64,000 nucleotides of DNA from an uncultured Acidobacteriota bacterium (GCA_963764715.1 CAVXTP010000021.1:32001-96000), one strand, 5' to 3'; shown: positions 27,869-37,876, counted from the first letter of the stretch. Numbers and translations: made by a program. Notes: generated from the sequence alone by a model not told the origin.

Positions 27869-28363
27869 ATGGTTCTCTTCGTCCTCGCGGCGCTGGCCCT
27901 GCCGGCTCTCGGTCGCGCGCAGGCCCCGGCGCCCGCGCCGTCGCGCGCCGTGCTCTCCGACCTCTCGTGGATGGCGGGTCGCTGGATCGACGATTCGGGT
28001 GGCAACCTGTCCGAGGAGATCTGGACCGCCCCCGAGGGCGACTCGATGATGGGGATGTGGCGGTACGTCGTCGGCGGCAGGACCCGGATCTACGAGCTCC
28101 TGGCGATCACGCTCGAGCCGACCGGCATCGTGATGCGCCTGCGGCACTTCGATCCGAAGCTCGTCGGGCGCGAGGACAAGGACCGGTCCGTCGAGCTGCG
28201 CCTCGTCGCCTGGAAGCCCGGAGAGGTGTCCTTCGAGGGCCCGGCCCTGGGGTCGCCGGGGCTCGTCCGGCTGACGTACCGGCAGCCGACCGACGACACG
28301 CTTTCGACGACGCTCGAAAAAGAGGGCAGGTCCCAGGACTTCCACTTCCGCAGGGCGAAGTAG
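27869..28363 (+). CDS. Secreted DUF6265-like protein
   Basis: Signal peptide, LSWMAGRW...EEIW..P.GDSMMGM, LRHF. Confidence 0.8.
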   Translation: MVLFVLAALALPALGRAQAPAPAPSRAVLSDLSWMAGRWIDDSGGNLSEEIWTAPEGDSMMGMWRYVVGGRTRIYELLAITLEPTGIVMRLRHFDPKLVGREDKDRSVELRLVAWKPGEVSFEGPALGSPGLVRLTYRQPTDDTLSTTLEKEGRSQDFHFRRAK

Positions 28364-28762
28364 GTGAGGCTCTCGGTCGAGGTGCCCTACGGCGACATCG
28401 ACGCCATGGGCCACCTCAACAACGTCGCGTACCTGCGGTATCTCGAGTGGGCCCGCCAGAAGTACTGGCTCGCGATGCGCGGCTCGATGGAGTTCCTCGA
28501 CATCGACTTCGTGGTCGCCCGGTGCGAGATCGACTACCGCTCCTCGTCCTACATGGGCGAGGTGCTCGAGATCGAGATCCACGTCTCGCGCATGGGCACC
28601 TCGTCCTTCGACTTCGCGTACCGCGTCACCGGGGCCGACGGGCGGCTCGTCGCCGAGGCGACGACGACCCAGGTCTGCTTCGACTGGCGGTCGAAGCGCA
28701 AGACGCCGCTCTCGACCGAGCGCCGCCGCGAGATCGAGGCGTTCGAGGCCGGGCCGCAGTAA
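28364..28762 (+). CDS. Acyl-CoA thioesterase (4HBT/YbgC hotdog family)
   Basis: DIDAMGHLNNVAYLRYLEWAR. Confidence 0.92.
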   Translation: MRLSVEVPYGDIDAMGHLNNVAYLRYLEWARQKYWLAMRGSMEFLDIDFVVARCEIDYRSSSYMGEVLEIEIHVSRMGTSSFDFAYRVTGADGRLVAEATTTQVCFDWRSKRKTPLSTERRREIEAFEAGPQ

Positions 28763-28787
28763 GATCCGGCGCAACCTCGGAGGTCGC

Positions 28788-30479
28788 ATGCGCCGTCTCC
28801 TCCTCTGCGCCCTGGCCATGTCCGTTTCCGCCGCCGGCGCGACGCCGGCCGACGCGCCCGACGCCCGGTCCCGGATCGACGAGCTCTTCCGCGAATACGA
28901 CCGGTCGGATTCGCCGGGCTGCGCCCTCGGGGTCTTCCGCGACGGGAAGATCGAGTACGCCCGCGGCTACGGGATGGCGAACCTCGAGCTCGGCGTCGCG
29001 AACACGCCGCAGACGGTCTTCGACATCGGCTCGACCTCCAAGCAGTTCACCGCCTTTTCGATCCAGCTCCTGGCGAGGGACGGAAAGCTCTCGCTCGACG
29101 ACGACGTGCGCAAGTGGGTGCCGGAGATCCCGTCCTACGGCAAGACCGTCACGATCCGCCACCTCCTGCACCACACCGGGGGCCTGCGGGACTACATCGA
29201 GCTGATGAGCCTCCAGGGCGTGATGACCGAGGACGTCACCGTCGACGCCGACGTCCTCGACATCATGGCGCGCCAGAAGGCCCCCAACTTCGCGCCCGGC
29301 GAGGAGCACCTCTACTGCAACACCGGGTACTTCCTCCTCTCGGTGATCGTCAAGCGCGCGAGCGGCCAGTCGCTGCGGGACTTTTCGGCCGAGCGGATCT
29401 TCGGCCCGCTCGGAATGCGCCACACGCAGTTCAACGATTCGCACACCCGGATCATCCCCAACCGCGCGACGGGGTACAGCAAGGGCAAGGACGGAAAATT
29501 CGGGATCGACATGTCCGACTGGGAGCAGACCGGCGACGGCGCGGTCGCGACGACGGTCGAGGACCTGCTGCGCTGGGACCAGAACTTCTACGACCCGAAG
29601 GTCGGCGACGCGAAGGTCCTCGAGGCCATGCACGAGGTCGGCGTCCTCAACAGCGGAAAGAAGCTCGAGTACGCCTCGGCGATCTACGTCAGCACCTACC
29701 GGGGATTGCCGGCCGTCAGCCACGGCGGCTCCTGGGCGGGCTACCGCGCGCAGCTCATGCGGTTTCCGAAGCAGAAGCTGTCGGTCGCGTGCCTCTGCAA
29801 CAACGGAGGGGCGGCCAACCCGAGCCGGCTCGCGCAGAAAGTGGCCGAGGTGTACCTCGGAGACCTCATGACGCCGGCGGTCGAGCCGGGGTCGAAGTCG
29901 GAGGAGCCGGCGGCCGCGGCGCCGGCCGGGTCGCAAGCCCTGGTCGGCGCGTACCGCAACCCCGCCAGCGGCGAGCTCGTCACAATCTCGCTCGAGAGCG
30001 GCGTCCTCGTGGCTCAGCTCGGCGCCAAGCCCTACAACCTCTCGCCCTCCGGGCCGAACGCCTTTCGGCTCGTGAAGGGTCCGCGTGGAGCCCGGAGCGA
30101 GTTCGTGTTCACTCCCGGCGAGCGGGGGGCGCGGCCGCGGATGAGGGTCACGACGACCGAGGAAGACGGGGACGTCGAGACCGAGGTCTACGAACCGGCG
30201 GAGCGATGGTCGCCCGGCCCGGCGGACCTCGCAGGGCTCGCCGGGACGTACGCCGCCCAGGAGCTCGACACCTCGTGGCGGCTCGTCGTGGAGGGGGGCC
30301 GGCTTTTCATCCGACACCGGGGCCTGCCGGAGACGCCGCTGACGCCGACGGTCCGGGATGCTTTCACGATCGAGGGGATGAACCTGGTCTTCCGCCGGGG
30401 CGCGGGCAGGAAGGCGGTCGGATTCACGCTCGACGCCGGCCGGGTGCGGGGCGTGGTTTTCACCCGGGTCGCGGGCTAG
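28788..30479 (+). CDS. Secreted serine hydrolase (class C beta-lactamase-like fold)
   Basis: SxxK (GSTSKQF), LLHHTGG, YCN, HGG; signal peptide. Confidence 0.92.
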   Translation: MRRLLLCALAMSVSAAGATPADAPDARSRIDELFREYDRSDSPGCALGVFRDGKIEYARGYGMANLELGVANTPQTVFDIGSTSKQFTAFSIQLLARDGKLSLDDDVRKWVPEIPSYGKTVTIRHLLHHTGGLRDYIELMSLQGVMTEDVTVDADVLDIMARQKAPNFAPGEEHLYCNTGYFLLSVIVKRASGQSLRDFSAERIFGPLGMRHTQFNDSHTRIIPNRATGYSKGKDGKFGIDMSDWEQTGDGAVATTVEDLLRWDQNFYDPKVGDAKVLEAMHEVGVLNSGKKLEYASAIYVSTYRGLPAVSHGGSWAGYRAQLMRFPKQKLSVACLCNNGGAANPSRLAQKVAEVYLGDLMTPAVEPGSKSEEPAAAAPAGSQALVGAYRNPASGELVTISLESGVLVAQLGAKPYNLSPSGPNAFRLVKGPRGARSEFVFTPGERGARPRMRVTTTEEDGDVETEVYEPAERWSPGPADLAGLAGTYAAQELDTSWRLVVEGGRLFIRHRGLPETPLTPTVRDAFTIEGMNLVFRRGAGRKAVGFTLDAGRVRGVVFTRVAG

Positions 30480-30539
30480 CCGCCGCGGGCGGCGCGCGAT
30501 TTGCAAAGGTCCCCCGACGGGGGGACAATCGCCTTGGTC

Positions 30540-30857
30540 GTGGCCGAGCGACGCAGCTTCGCGCGAAAGAAGCGGCGGTTCCTCGTCGAGTACGTTCTTC
30601 AGGGAGCCCCGTGCAACGGCTTTACCTACGACGTGTCGCCGACGGGCATTTTCGTGCGCTCCGTCCGGCTGCCCAGTCCCGGAACGTTCCTGACAGCGAA
30701 CCTGCACCTGCCCGAGGGAAAGCGCATCCCCGTGCGGGGGAGGGTCGTCCGGTCGTTTCGCGTTCCGCCGGCGCTGTCCCGCCTGATCCCGAGCGGGTTC
30801 TCGATGCGGCTGTCCGATACGCCCGAAGATTATTTTCAGCTGCTCGCGACGCTCTAG
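30540..30857 (+). CDS. Stand-alone PilZ domain protein
   Basis: ERRSFAR (RxxxR) and DVSPTG (DxSxxG) c-di-GMP-binding motifs. Confidence 0.85.
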   Translation: MAERRSFARKKRRFLVEYVLQGAPCNGFTYDVSPTGIFVRSVRLPSPGTFLTANLHLPEGKRIPVRGRVVRSFRVPPALSRLIPSGFSMRLSDTPEDYFQLLATL

Positions 30858-30878
30858 GCGGCGCGGCCGCCGCGGAGA

Positions 30879-31424
30879 TCAGAGCCCGTAGGCTTCGCGC
30901 ACGGCCGCGTCGATCGTGGGCGCCGAAGGCTCGCGCGAAACCAGCGTGATCGCGTCGCCGGCGCCCACCTCGCCCTCCTCGAGGACCCTCAGGTAGAAGC
31001 CGGTGCGGCGGCTCGTGAGAAAGGCCTTCGGGAAATCCGGCCGCTCCATCTTCATCGCGAGCTTGAAGCAGGGGCTCCGCGGCGAGGCGACCCGGAGCAG
31101 CGCGGTGCCGGCGCGGTAGACGTCGTTGAGGCGGACCTCGGTCTCCGGCATGCCGTCGACCGTCAGGTTCTCTCCGAACTGTCCGTGGGGCAGGTCCTTT
31201 CCGAGCGCGCTCCTCCAGTGGGCATAGCCCGAGAGGTCGTATGCGTACACGGCCTTCTCCGGCCCGCCGTGGACGCGCGGGTCGGCCTGGACGTCGCCCT
31301 CGAGGCCGAGGCGGCCGACGCGGACGCGAAAGAGGACGGGGTCCTTGAAGATCCCGGTCCGCACGCTGCGGCCGCGATGCTCCACGGTCCGCGCCTTTCC
31401 GACCTGGACGGAAACGATGTTCAT
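30879..31424 (-). CDS. MOSC domain protein (YiiM-like)
   Basis: TGIFK, GDVQAD..HGGPEKAV, GQFGENL, PRSPCFKL, RTGFYLRV. Confidence 0.93.
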   Translation of the reverse strand: MNIVSVQVGKARTVEHRGRSVRTGIFKDPVLFRVRVGRLGLEGDVQADPRVHGGPEKAVYAYDLSGYAHWRSALGKDLPHGQFGENLTVDGMPETEVRLNDVYRAGTALLRVASPRSPCFKLAMKMERPDFPKAFLTSRRTGFYLRVLEEGEVGAGDAITLVSREPSAPTIDAAVREAYGL

Positions 31425-31480
31425 GGGCCTCTCAACACTAACCGTCATAGTTAGGTTGCAGAGGTTACACGATCGAAAGA

Positions 31481-31533
31481 GTCAATGGTCAGGGTCAGGG
31501 CCCCCACAAGTCAGGAAATGCAGGGCTGACCCC
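31481..31533 (-). repeat. GGGGTCAGCCCTG repeat family copy (one full and one degenerate unit)
   Basis: Reverse strand reads GGGGTCAGCCCTGCATTTCCTGA...GGGGCCCTGACCCTGA. Confidence 0.8.
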
Positions 31534-31539
31534 AATTAG

Positions 31540-31561
31540 TAAATTAGTGGTAAGTTATTTA
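31540..31561. promoter_or_regulatory. Putative TetR operator / AT-rich promoter
   Basis: Imperfect palindrome TAAATTA-N8-TTATTTA just before the tetR ATG. Confidence 0.45.
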
Positions 31562-31564
31562 TAT

Positions 31565-32203
31565 ATGGGGCGGACGGCGCGCGTGACGCGGGAGCAGGTG
31601 CTGGCGGCGGCGCGGGAGACGTTCGTCGAGCGGGGCTACGAGGGAGCGACGCTCGCCGACATCGGCGCGAGGCTCTCGGTCTCGCCCGCGGCCCTGCTGC
31701 GCCACGCGGCGAACAAACGCGAGCTCTTCCTCGCGAGCATGACCCCCGCCGAGCCGGACATGACGCCGCTCGTCTTCCTCGAGGAGCTCGACGGCTCGGA
31801 GGATCCGCGGAAGGTCCTGCGGCGCGTCGCGGAGACGATGGTCCCGTTCCTCGAGGCGCGGATCCGGCAGATCGTCGCCCGCTGGGTGTACTTCAAGACG
31901 ATCCCCGGCATCGGGCGCGTGCCGCTCCCGTTCGATCCGTCGGCGCGCCCCACGCCGCCCCAAAAGAACCTGCGCTTCCTGGAGGACTACATGCGCCGCG
32001 CGGCGCGGCGCGGGCGGCTCGCGATCTCGAATCCGCGGGCGGCGGCGTTCGCGTTCTTCGCCACCGTCCATTCCTTCGTCTTCCTGCAGCACGTCGTCGA
32101 GGCGCTCGAGGAACCGATGCCGCTCGACGAATACCTGGAGACCGTTCTCGCCATCTGGACCCGGGGCGCCGTCGCGCCCGCCGTCAAGGGGAGGAAGGGA
32201 TGA
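31565..32203 (+). CDS. TetR/AcrR family regulator
   Basis: AARETFVERGYEGATLADIGARLSVS HTH; first gene of the efflux operon. Confidence 0.9.
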   Translation: MGRTARVTREQVLAAARETFVERGYEGATLADIGARLSVSPAALLRHAANKRELFLASMTPAEPDMTPLVFLEELDGSEDPRKVLRRVAETMVPFLEARIRQIVARWVYFKTIPGIGRVPLPFDPSARPTPPQKNLRFLEDYMRRAARRGRLAISNPRAAAFAFFATVHSFVFLQHVVEALEEPMPLDEYLETVLAIWTRGAVAPAVKGRKG

Positions 32204-33783
32204 AACGAGCCCTGCTCGCCGCCGCTCTGGCGCTCTCGACCGGCGCCGCGTCGGCCGCCGACCGCGATCTTTCGCTCACCGAGGCGATCGACCGCGCCCT
32301 CGGAAAGAACCAGGAGATCGCCGTGCAGCGCGAGGCCGAGAACGTCGCCGTGGCGAACCTCCAGCGCGCCGACGGGAGCTACGACCCGGAGTTCCGCCTC
32401 GACTTCCGCTGGCAGGAACAGACCGAGGCCGTCAACTTCATCTTCTCGGGAGCGCCGCCCGGCTCCGTCGGCCCGACCTCCAACGGGGTTCTGGGCCAGG
32501 CGGCGGTCACCGAGCGGCTTCCGACCGGCGGCACCGTCAGCCTCGGCACGTCGATCGGCCGCGAGACGACCGACAACATCTTCACCCTTCTGACGCCAGC
32601 CTACACGACCTTCGTCGGAATCGATCTGCGGCAGCCGCTCCTGCAGAACCGCGACATCGACCCCCAGCGGCGCCTGATCCGCGCCGCGAGCCTCGAGCGC
32701 GACCAGTCACGGGCGCAGCTCCAGGCCGTCGTGGCCGACACCGTGGCCGCGGTCGAGCGGGCCTACTGGTCGCTCGCGGCCGCGATCCGCGACGTCGCCG
32801 TCCGCGAGGAGTCAGTCCGTCTCGCCCAGGCCCAGGAGTCCGACACGCGCACCCGCATCGAGGCCGGCGTCCTCTCGGAGTCGGACATCGCCGTGCCGCA
32901 GGCCGAGGTCGAGCGCCGGCGCGTCGACCTCTACGTCGCGCGCGAGACGGCCCAGCGCGCGGCCCTCGACCTCAAGACGCTGATGCTCAACGAGCCGGGC
33001 GACCCGCTGTGGGAGGAGGCGCTGCGGCCGGTCGATTCGCCGGAGACGCCGCTCGTGCCGCTCGACGTGCCGCGGGACCTCGCCGAGGCGCCGGACCGGC
33101 GGCCCGAGGTCGCGGAGGCGGCGGCGGGCCTCGCCCGGCGCGACGTCGACGCCGAGGCCGCGAAGAACCGCGTGCTTCCGCGCTTCGACCTCGTCGCGTC
33201 GTACGGGCGCTACGGCCTCGCGGGCACCGTCAATCCGGACCTCGTGACGATTCCCAATTTCCCGGTCACCATCCCGTCGCAGGTCCTCGGCGGGCTCGGG
33301 CGCTCCTACGGAACGATCGGCGAGAACGCCTTCCCGGACGCGACGGTCGGCTTCACGTTCGGGCTCCCGATCGGGAACCGCTCGGCCAGGGCCGACGTCG
33401 CCGCCGCGGAGGCCGAGCGCCGGCAGGCCGCCATCCTCCTCGCCCAGCAGAAGCAGAAGGTCGGCGTCGAGGTCCGGACGGCGGCGCTGGCGGTCGAGGC
33501 CGCGGCCCAGTCGATCGAGGCCGCCCGCGCCGGGCTGCGCGCGGCCCGCACGCAGCTCGAGGCCGAGAACGTGCGGTTCGCGGCGGGCCTGACGTCCAAC
33601 TTCTTCGTTCTGACCCGCCAGAACGAGCTCGCCCAGGCCGCGCGGACGGAGATCGGCGCCCTGGCGAGCTACCGGCGCGCGCTCGCCGACTACGCGCGGG
33701 CGGCCGGGACGCTCCTCGCCCGACACCACATCCAGTTCGCCGACGACGGTCCGGCCGTCGCGGCCACGGGAGGTTCTCGATGA
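32200..33783 (+). CDS. TolC family outer-membrane protein
   Basis: LPTGG, LRQPLL, RPEV, LPRFDL motifs; ATGA-coupled to its neighbours. Confidence 0.92.
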   Translation: MKRALLAAALALSTGAASAADRDLSLTEAIDRALGKNQEIAVQREAENVAVANLQRADGSYDPEFRLDFRWQEQTEAVNFIFSGAPPGSVGPTSNGVLGQAAVTERLPTGGTVSLGTSIGRETTDNIFTLLTPAYTTFVGIDLRQPLLQNRDIDPQRRLIRAASLERDQSRAQLQAVVADTVAAVERAYWSLAAAIRDVAVREESVRLAQAQESDTRTRIEAGVLSESDIAVPQAEVERRRVDLYVARETAQRAALDLKTLMLNEPGDPLWEEALRPVDSPETPLVPLDVPRDLAEAPDRRPEVAEAAAGLARRDVDAEAAKNRVLPRFDLVASYGRYGLAGTVNPDLVTIPNFPVTIPSQVLGGLGRSYGTIGENAFPDATVGFTFGLPIGNRSARADVAAAEAERRQAAILLAQQKQKVGVEVRTAALAVEAAAQSIEAARAGLRAARTQLEAENVRFAAGLTSNFFVLTRQNELAQAARTEIGALASYRRALADYARAAGTLLARHHIQFADDGPAVAATGGSR

Positions 33784-34769
33784 GAAGGGTTCGGGGGTTG
33801 CTCCTCGCCGCCGGCCTCGCGGCGGCGACGCTCGTCGCGTGCCGGGCGAAGGACGACGGGAAGATCGTCCACCTGAGCGGCCGCATCGAGGCGCCGCTCG
33901 TCGATCTCGGCCCGAAGGTCTCCGGCCGCGTCGTCGAGGTCCTCGTCCGCGAGGGAGACCGCGTCAAGGCGGGCGACGTGCTGGCGCGCCTCGACCTCGG
34001 CGAGACGGCGCTCGCCGTCGACCGCGATCGCGAGAACGTGCGGTCGGCCGAGGCGAAGTACGAGGACCTCGTCTCGGGCAGCCGGAGGCCCGAGATCTCG
34101 GCGGCCGAGGCCGAAGTCGCCGACCGCCGGGCGTCCGTCGCGCTCGCGGAACGGGAGCTCGAGCGGCAGAACATGCTGCTCGACAAGAAGGTCGGAACCG
34201 TCCGCGACCACGACCGGGCGAAGACGGACCTCGAGCGCGCGCAGGCGGCCCTGAAGTCGAGCGAGGAGCGTCTGCGGCTCGCGATCGAAGGCTCGCGGCA
34301 CGAGCAGACCGCCGGGGCCCGCTTCGACGCCGACCGCGCGAAGGTCCAGCTCAAACAGTCGGAGACGGTCGCGAAGGAGGCGGAGATCCGCGCCCCGGCC
34401 GACGGCGTCATCCTTCATCGCATGGCCGAGCCGGGGCTCCTGCTCGCGGCGGGCCAGCCCGGCCTGACCCTGGCCTTCCTCGACCGGCTCTACGTGCGCA
34501 CGTTCATTCCGGAGACGAAGCTCGGCCGCGTGCGCACGGGCCAGAGCGCCCGGGTCAGCGTCGACGCGTTCCCGGGAAGGACCTTCGAGGCCCGCGTGGC
34601 CGAGATCTCGCCGGACGCCGAGTTCACGCCGAAACCGGTCGAGACGAGGAACGAGCGCGTCAACCTGGTGTACTCGACCAAGATCGACCTCGTGGCCGGG
34701 TGGAAGGAGCCGCTCGTGCCCGGGCAGCCCGCGGACGTCGCCGTGGACACGGAGAGCGGGCCGCGATGA
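33780..34769 (+). CDS. HlyD/YbhG family periplasmic adaptor (lipoprotein)
   Basis: Lipobox LVAC, VSGRV..V.VREGDRVKAG, IRAPADG, AEFTPK. Confidence 0.92.
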   Translation: MRRVRGLLLAAGLAAATLVACRAKDDGKIVHLSGRIEAPLVDLGPKVSGRVVEVLVREGDRVKAGDVLARLDLGETALAVDRDRENVRSAEAKYEDLVSGSRRPEISAAEAEVADRRASVALAERELERQNMLLDKKVGTVRDHDRAKTDLERAQAALKSSEERLRLAIEGSRHEQTAGARFDADRAKVQLKQSETVAKEAEIRAPADGVILHRMAEPGLLLAAGQPGLTLAFLDRLYVRTFIPETKLGRVRTGQSARVSVDAFPGRTFEARVAEISPDAEFTPKPVETRNERVNLVYSTKIDLVAGWKEPLVPGQPADVAVDTESGPR

Positions 34770-35662
34770 TCGAGGCGCGCGGGCTCGTCAAGGACTTCGG
34801 GAAGCACCGGGCGCTGAAGGGCATCGACCTCTCGATCCGGGCCGGCGAGCTCTTCGGGCTCATCGGGCCCGACGGCGCCGGCAAGACGACGTTCTTCCGC
34901 CTCGTGGCGGGCCTCCTCGCGCCGACCGCGGGCACCGTCGTGCGCGAGCGCGACACCGCGTTTGGTTTCGTCCCGCAGCGCTTCGGCCTCTACGAGGACC
35001 TCTCGATCGACGAGAACCTGCGGCTCCGGGCCCGGCTCTACGGCGTCGAGGACGCGGAGGCCGGGCGGCGCGCCGCGGACCTGCTCGCGCGCGTCGGCCT
35101 CGACCGGTTCGGGGCCCGGCTGGCCGGAGCGCTCTCCGGAGGGATGAAGCAGAAGCTCGCGCTCGTGGCGGCGCTCATGACGCGTCCGCCGCTCCTCCTG
35201 CTCGACGAGCCGACGACCGGCGTCGACCCGGTCTCGCGGCGGGAGTTCTGGGGCCTCCTGTCCGAGCTCCACCACGAGGGGCTGACCATCGTGATCTCGA
35301 CGCCCTACATGGACGAGGCGGAGTACGCCTCGCGGATCGGCTTCCTCGACGAAGGGAGGCTCTCCGCCCTCGGGACGCGCGAGGAGATCGTCGCCTCCTA
35401 TCCGCGGCGCCTCCTCGTCGTGCGGTCCTCGGACCGCGTCCACGTGCGCGAGCGACTCGCCGACTGCCCGGAGGTCGACGACGTGTCGCTCTTCGGGAGC
35501 TGGCTCCACGTCCGCGGAGCGGCGGGCGTCGGCGACGAGCTCGCGGACACGGTCCGCGGGCGCCTGGCGGGCCTCGTGCCGCCCGGCGACGTCGAGGCGC
35601 TCGGGCCGTCGCTCGAGGACGTCTTCGTGCTCAAGAGCGAGGAGGAAGGGGTGGCGGCGTGA
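34766..35662 (+). CDS. ABC transporter ATP-binding protein
   Basis: GPDGAGKT, LSGGMKQK, LLLDEPTTGVDP. Confidence 0.95.
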   Translation: MIEARGLVKDFGKHRALKGIDLSIRAGELFGLIGPDGAGKTTFFRLVAGLLAPTAGTVVRERDTAFGFVPQRFGLYEDLSIDENLRLRARLYGVEDAEAGRRAADLLARVGLDRFGARLAGALSGGMKQKLALVAALMTRPPLLLLDEPTTGVDPVSRREFWGLLSELHHEGLTIVISTPYMDEAEYASRIGFLDEGRLSALGTREEIVASYPRRLLVVRSSDRVHVRERLADCPEVDDVSLFGSWLHVRGAAGVGDELADTVRGRLAGLVPPGDVEALGPSLEDVFVLKSEEEGVAA

Positions 35663-36611
35663 GCGCCGCGGTCCCGGAGACGTTCCTCGAGGCGCGCGCG
35701 CTGACGCGGCGCTTCGGCGACTTCACCGCCGTCGACGCCGTCAGCTTCGCCGTTCCGCGCGGACGCGTCTTCGGCTTCCTCGGGCCCAACGGCTCCGGCA
35801 AGTCGACGACGATCCGGATGCTCACGGGCCTGCTCGAGCCGACCTCGGGCTCGGCGGTCGGCTTCGGGGGTCTCGACGTGGCCCGGGACACCGAGGCATG
35901 GAAGCGGCGCCTCGGCTACATGAGCCAGAGGTTCTCGCTCTATCTCGACCTGACGGTCGAGGAGAACCTGCGCTTCTTCGGCACGATCTACGGCCTCGAG
36001 CCCGCGCGGCTGGAGGAGCGGATCCGGACGCCCTCGCCGCGCGCCTCGGGTTCGAGTCGCTCCGGCCGATCATGACGGAGACGCTCTCGACGGGCCAGCG
36101 CCAGCGCGTGGCGCTCGCCGCCGCGCTCCTCCACGAGCCCGAGCTGCTCTTTCTCGACGAGCCGACCGGCGGCGTCGACCCCCGCGGGCGGCGCCTCTTC
36201 TGGGACCTGATCTACGAGCTCGCCGCGGAACGGGGCATGACCGTGCTCGTGACGACGCACTACATGGACGAGGCCGAGCAGTGCGACCGCCTCGCCTTCA
36301 TCCTCGACGGGGCGCTGATCGCCGAGGGCACGCCGCACGAGCTCAAGTCCGACCTCGAGGGCCGGATCTTCGAGGTGGCGACGGCGGGCGACCCGTTCGC
36401 CGCCCTGGCCCGGATCCGCGACGACTCCGCGCTCGAGGACGCGTACCTCTTCGGCGTGCGCCTGCGCGTCGTCGTGCGCCGCGGGCGCGAGGCGGAGGCG
36501 CGCGCGCTCCTGGGTCGCCTGGGCGACCCGCGGGCGGCGGAGCCGTCGCTCGAGGACGTGTTCGTCTCGCTCGCCCGAGGCCGGGCGGCGAAGGCAAAGG
36601 TGGCGTCGTGA
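35659..36611 (+). CDS. ABC transporter ATP-binding protein, one frameshift near 36025
   Basis: Walker A GPNGSGKS in 35659..36075; signature LSTGQRQR and LFLDEPT in the 35898..36611 frame. Confidence 0.88.
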
Positions 36612-37723
36612 AGCGGCTCCTGGCGCTGACCTGGAAGGAGTTCCTGCAGCTCAAGCGCGACCGGATCACGATGCGCATGATCCTGTTCGTGCCGATCATG
36701 CAGACGCTGATCTTCGGCTACGCGATCAACTACGACGTCAAGCACCTGAAGACGGTGGTCCTCGACGAGGCGAAGTCGGTCGAGAGCCGCGACCTCATCT
36801 CGAAGATGACGGCCACGGAGTACTTCCGCATCGTCGGCCACGTATCCTCCTTCGAGGAGCTCCGCCGGGAGCTCGATTCCGCGCACGCCTCGGTGGGGCT
36901 CGTGATCGACGCCGACTTCGGCAAAGACGCGCACCGCGGCAAGCCGGCGCAGGCGTTTCTCATCGTCGACGCCTCGGACACGACGACGTCGAGCCAGGCC
37001 ATGTCGATCGCGTCCGGCATCGCCAACGGGCTCTCGATCCGGGTCCTCGCGCGGCGCGCGGGCTGGAACTGGCCGCAGCTGCCGGTCGACCTGCGCGTCC
37101 GGCCCTGGTACAACCCGGACCTGAAGACCGCGACCTTCATCATTCCCGGCCTGATCGCGATCATCCTGACGTTCACGCTCATCCAGTTCACGGCCTCGGC
37201 GATCGTGCGCGAGCGCGAGCGCGGGACGCTCGAGCAGCTCCAGGTCACGCCCGCGACGCGGGTCGAGATCATCCTCGGCAAGATCCTGCCGTTCACGCTG
37301 ATCGGTTACGTCCAGCTCACGATGACCGTGCTGCTGATGCGGTTTCTCTTCGGCATCGTGATCCAGGGATCGGTCATCGAGCTTTACGTCGTGGGGCTCC
37401 TCTTCATCGCCGCGGTCCTGGGGCTCGGGATGCTGATCTCGACCGTCGCGAAGACGCAGATGCAGGCGATGCAGATGTCGACCTTCGTCCTGCTGCCGTT
37501 CGTCTTTCTCTCGGGGTACGTCTTCCCGATCGACGGCATGCCGGAGATCTTCCAGGCGCTCTCCCGGCTCATCCCGGCCCGTTACTTCATCGAGGTCCTG
37601 CGGGGAATCATCCTGCGCGGCGCGGGCATCGGGGAGCTGTGGCAGCCCGTCGCCTGGCTGACGCTCTACACCGTCCTCATCATCGCCCTCGCCGTCGCCC
37701 GCTTCAAGAAAACGACCGAATAG
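36608..37723 (+). CDS. ABC-2 type permease (YbhS/YbhR-like)
   Basis: KEFLQLKRD, WYNPDL, IVRERERGTLEQL, LSGYVFPI. Confidence 0.93.
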   Translation: MKRLLALTWKEFLQLKRDRITMRMILFVPIMQTLIFGYAINYDVKHLKTVVLDEAKSVESRDLISKMTATEYFRIVGHVSSFEELRRELDSAHASVGLVIDADFGKDAHRGKPAQAFLIVDASDTTTSSQAMSIASGIANGLSIRVLARRAGWNWPQLPVDLRVRPWYNPDLKTATFIIPGLIAIILTFTLIQFTASAIVRERERGTLEQLQVTPATRVEIILGKILPFTLIGYVQLTMTVLLMRFLFGIVIQGSVIELYVVGLLFIAAVLGLGMLISTVAKTQMQAMQMSTFVLLPFVFLSGYVFPIDGMPEIFQALSRLIPARYFIEVLRGIILRGAGIGELWQPVAWLTLYTVLIIALAVARFKKTTE

Positions 37724-37725
37724 CC

Positions 37726-37876
37726 GGGGTCAGCCCTGCAACTCTGACTCTTGGGGTCAGCCCTGAAAGTCTGAAAGATCTGGATGGTCCAGGAAGTTGT
37801 CGAGCGCGAGGGGTTTACGCCGTTGGGCGGCTGAAGTGCTGCCGCGCCAAACTGTCATTCTTTCAGGGCTGACCCC
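37726..37876. repeat. GGGGTCAGCCCTG repeat element with perfect 13-bp terminal inverted repeats (MITE-like, 151 bp)
   Basis: Forward units at 37726 and 37753 (27-bp period); inverted TCATTCTTTCAGGGCTGACCCC ending at 37876, between convergent stop codons. Confidence 0.88.

Noticed and set aside
27047-28819. N-terminal 590 aa of the 1565-aa ORF as part of the FG-GAP protein
   Set aside because: Antisense to three well-supported + strand genes; paralogues start at the CRP/CHP motif near 27000
28788-30479. Bona fide beta-lactam resistance gene
   Set aside because: Generic serine-hydrolase family with an extended C-terminus, more like D-aminopeptidase or esterase relatives; no mobile context
31433-31458. 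Integron attC site (TAAC...GTTAGGT) or 23S rRNA-like TAACTATGACGGT
   Set aside because: Far too short for attC, no integrase or cassette array; the rRNA-like match is only a dozen bases
35659-36611. Programmed frameshift in the second ABC ATPase
   Set aside because: No slippery sequence at the switch; other indels in the window point to sequencing error
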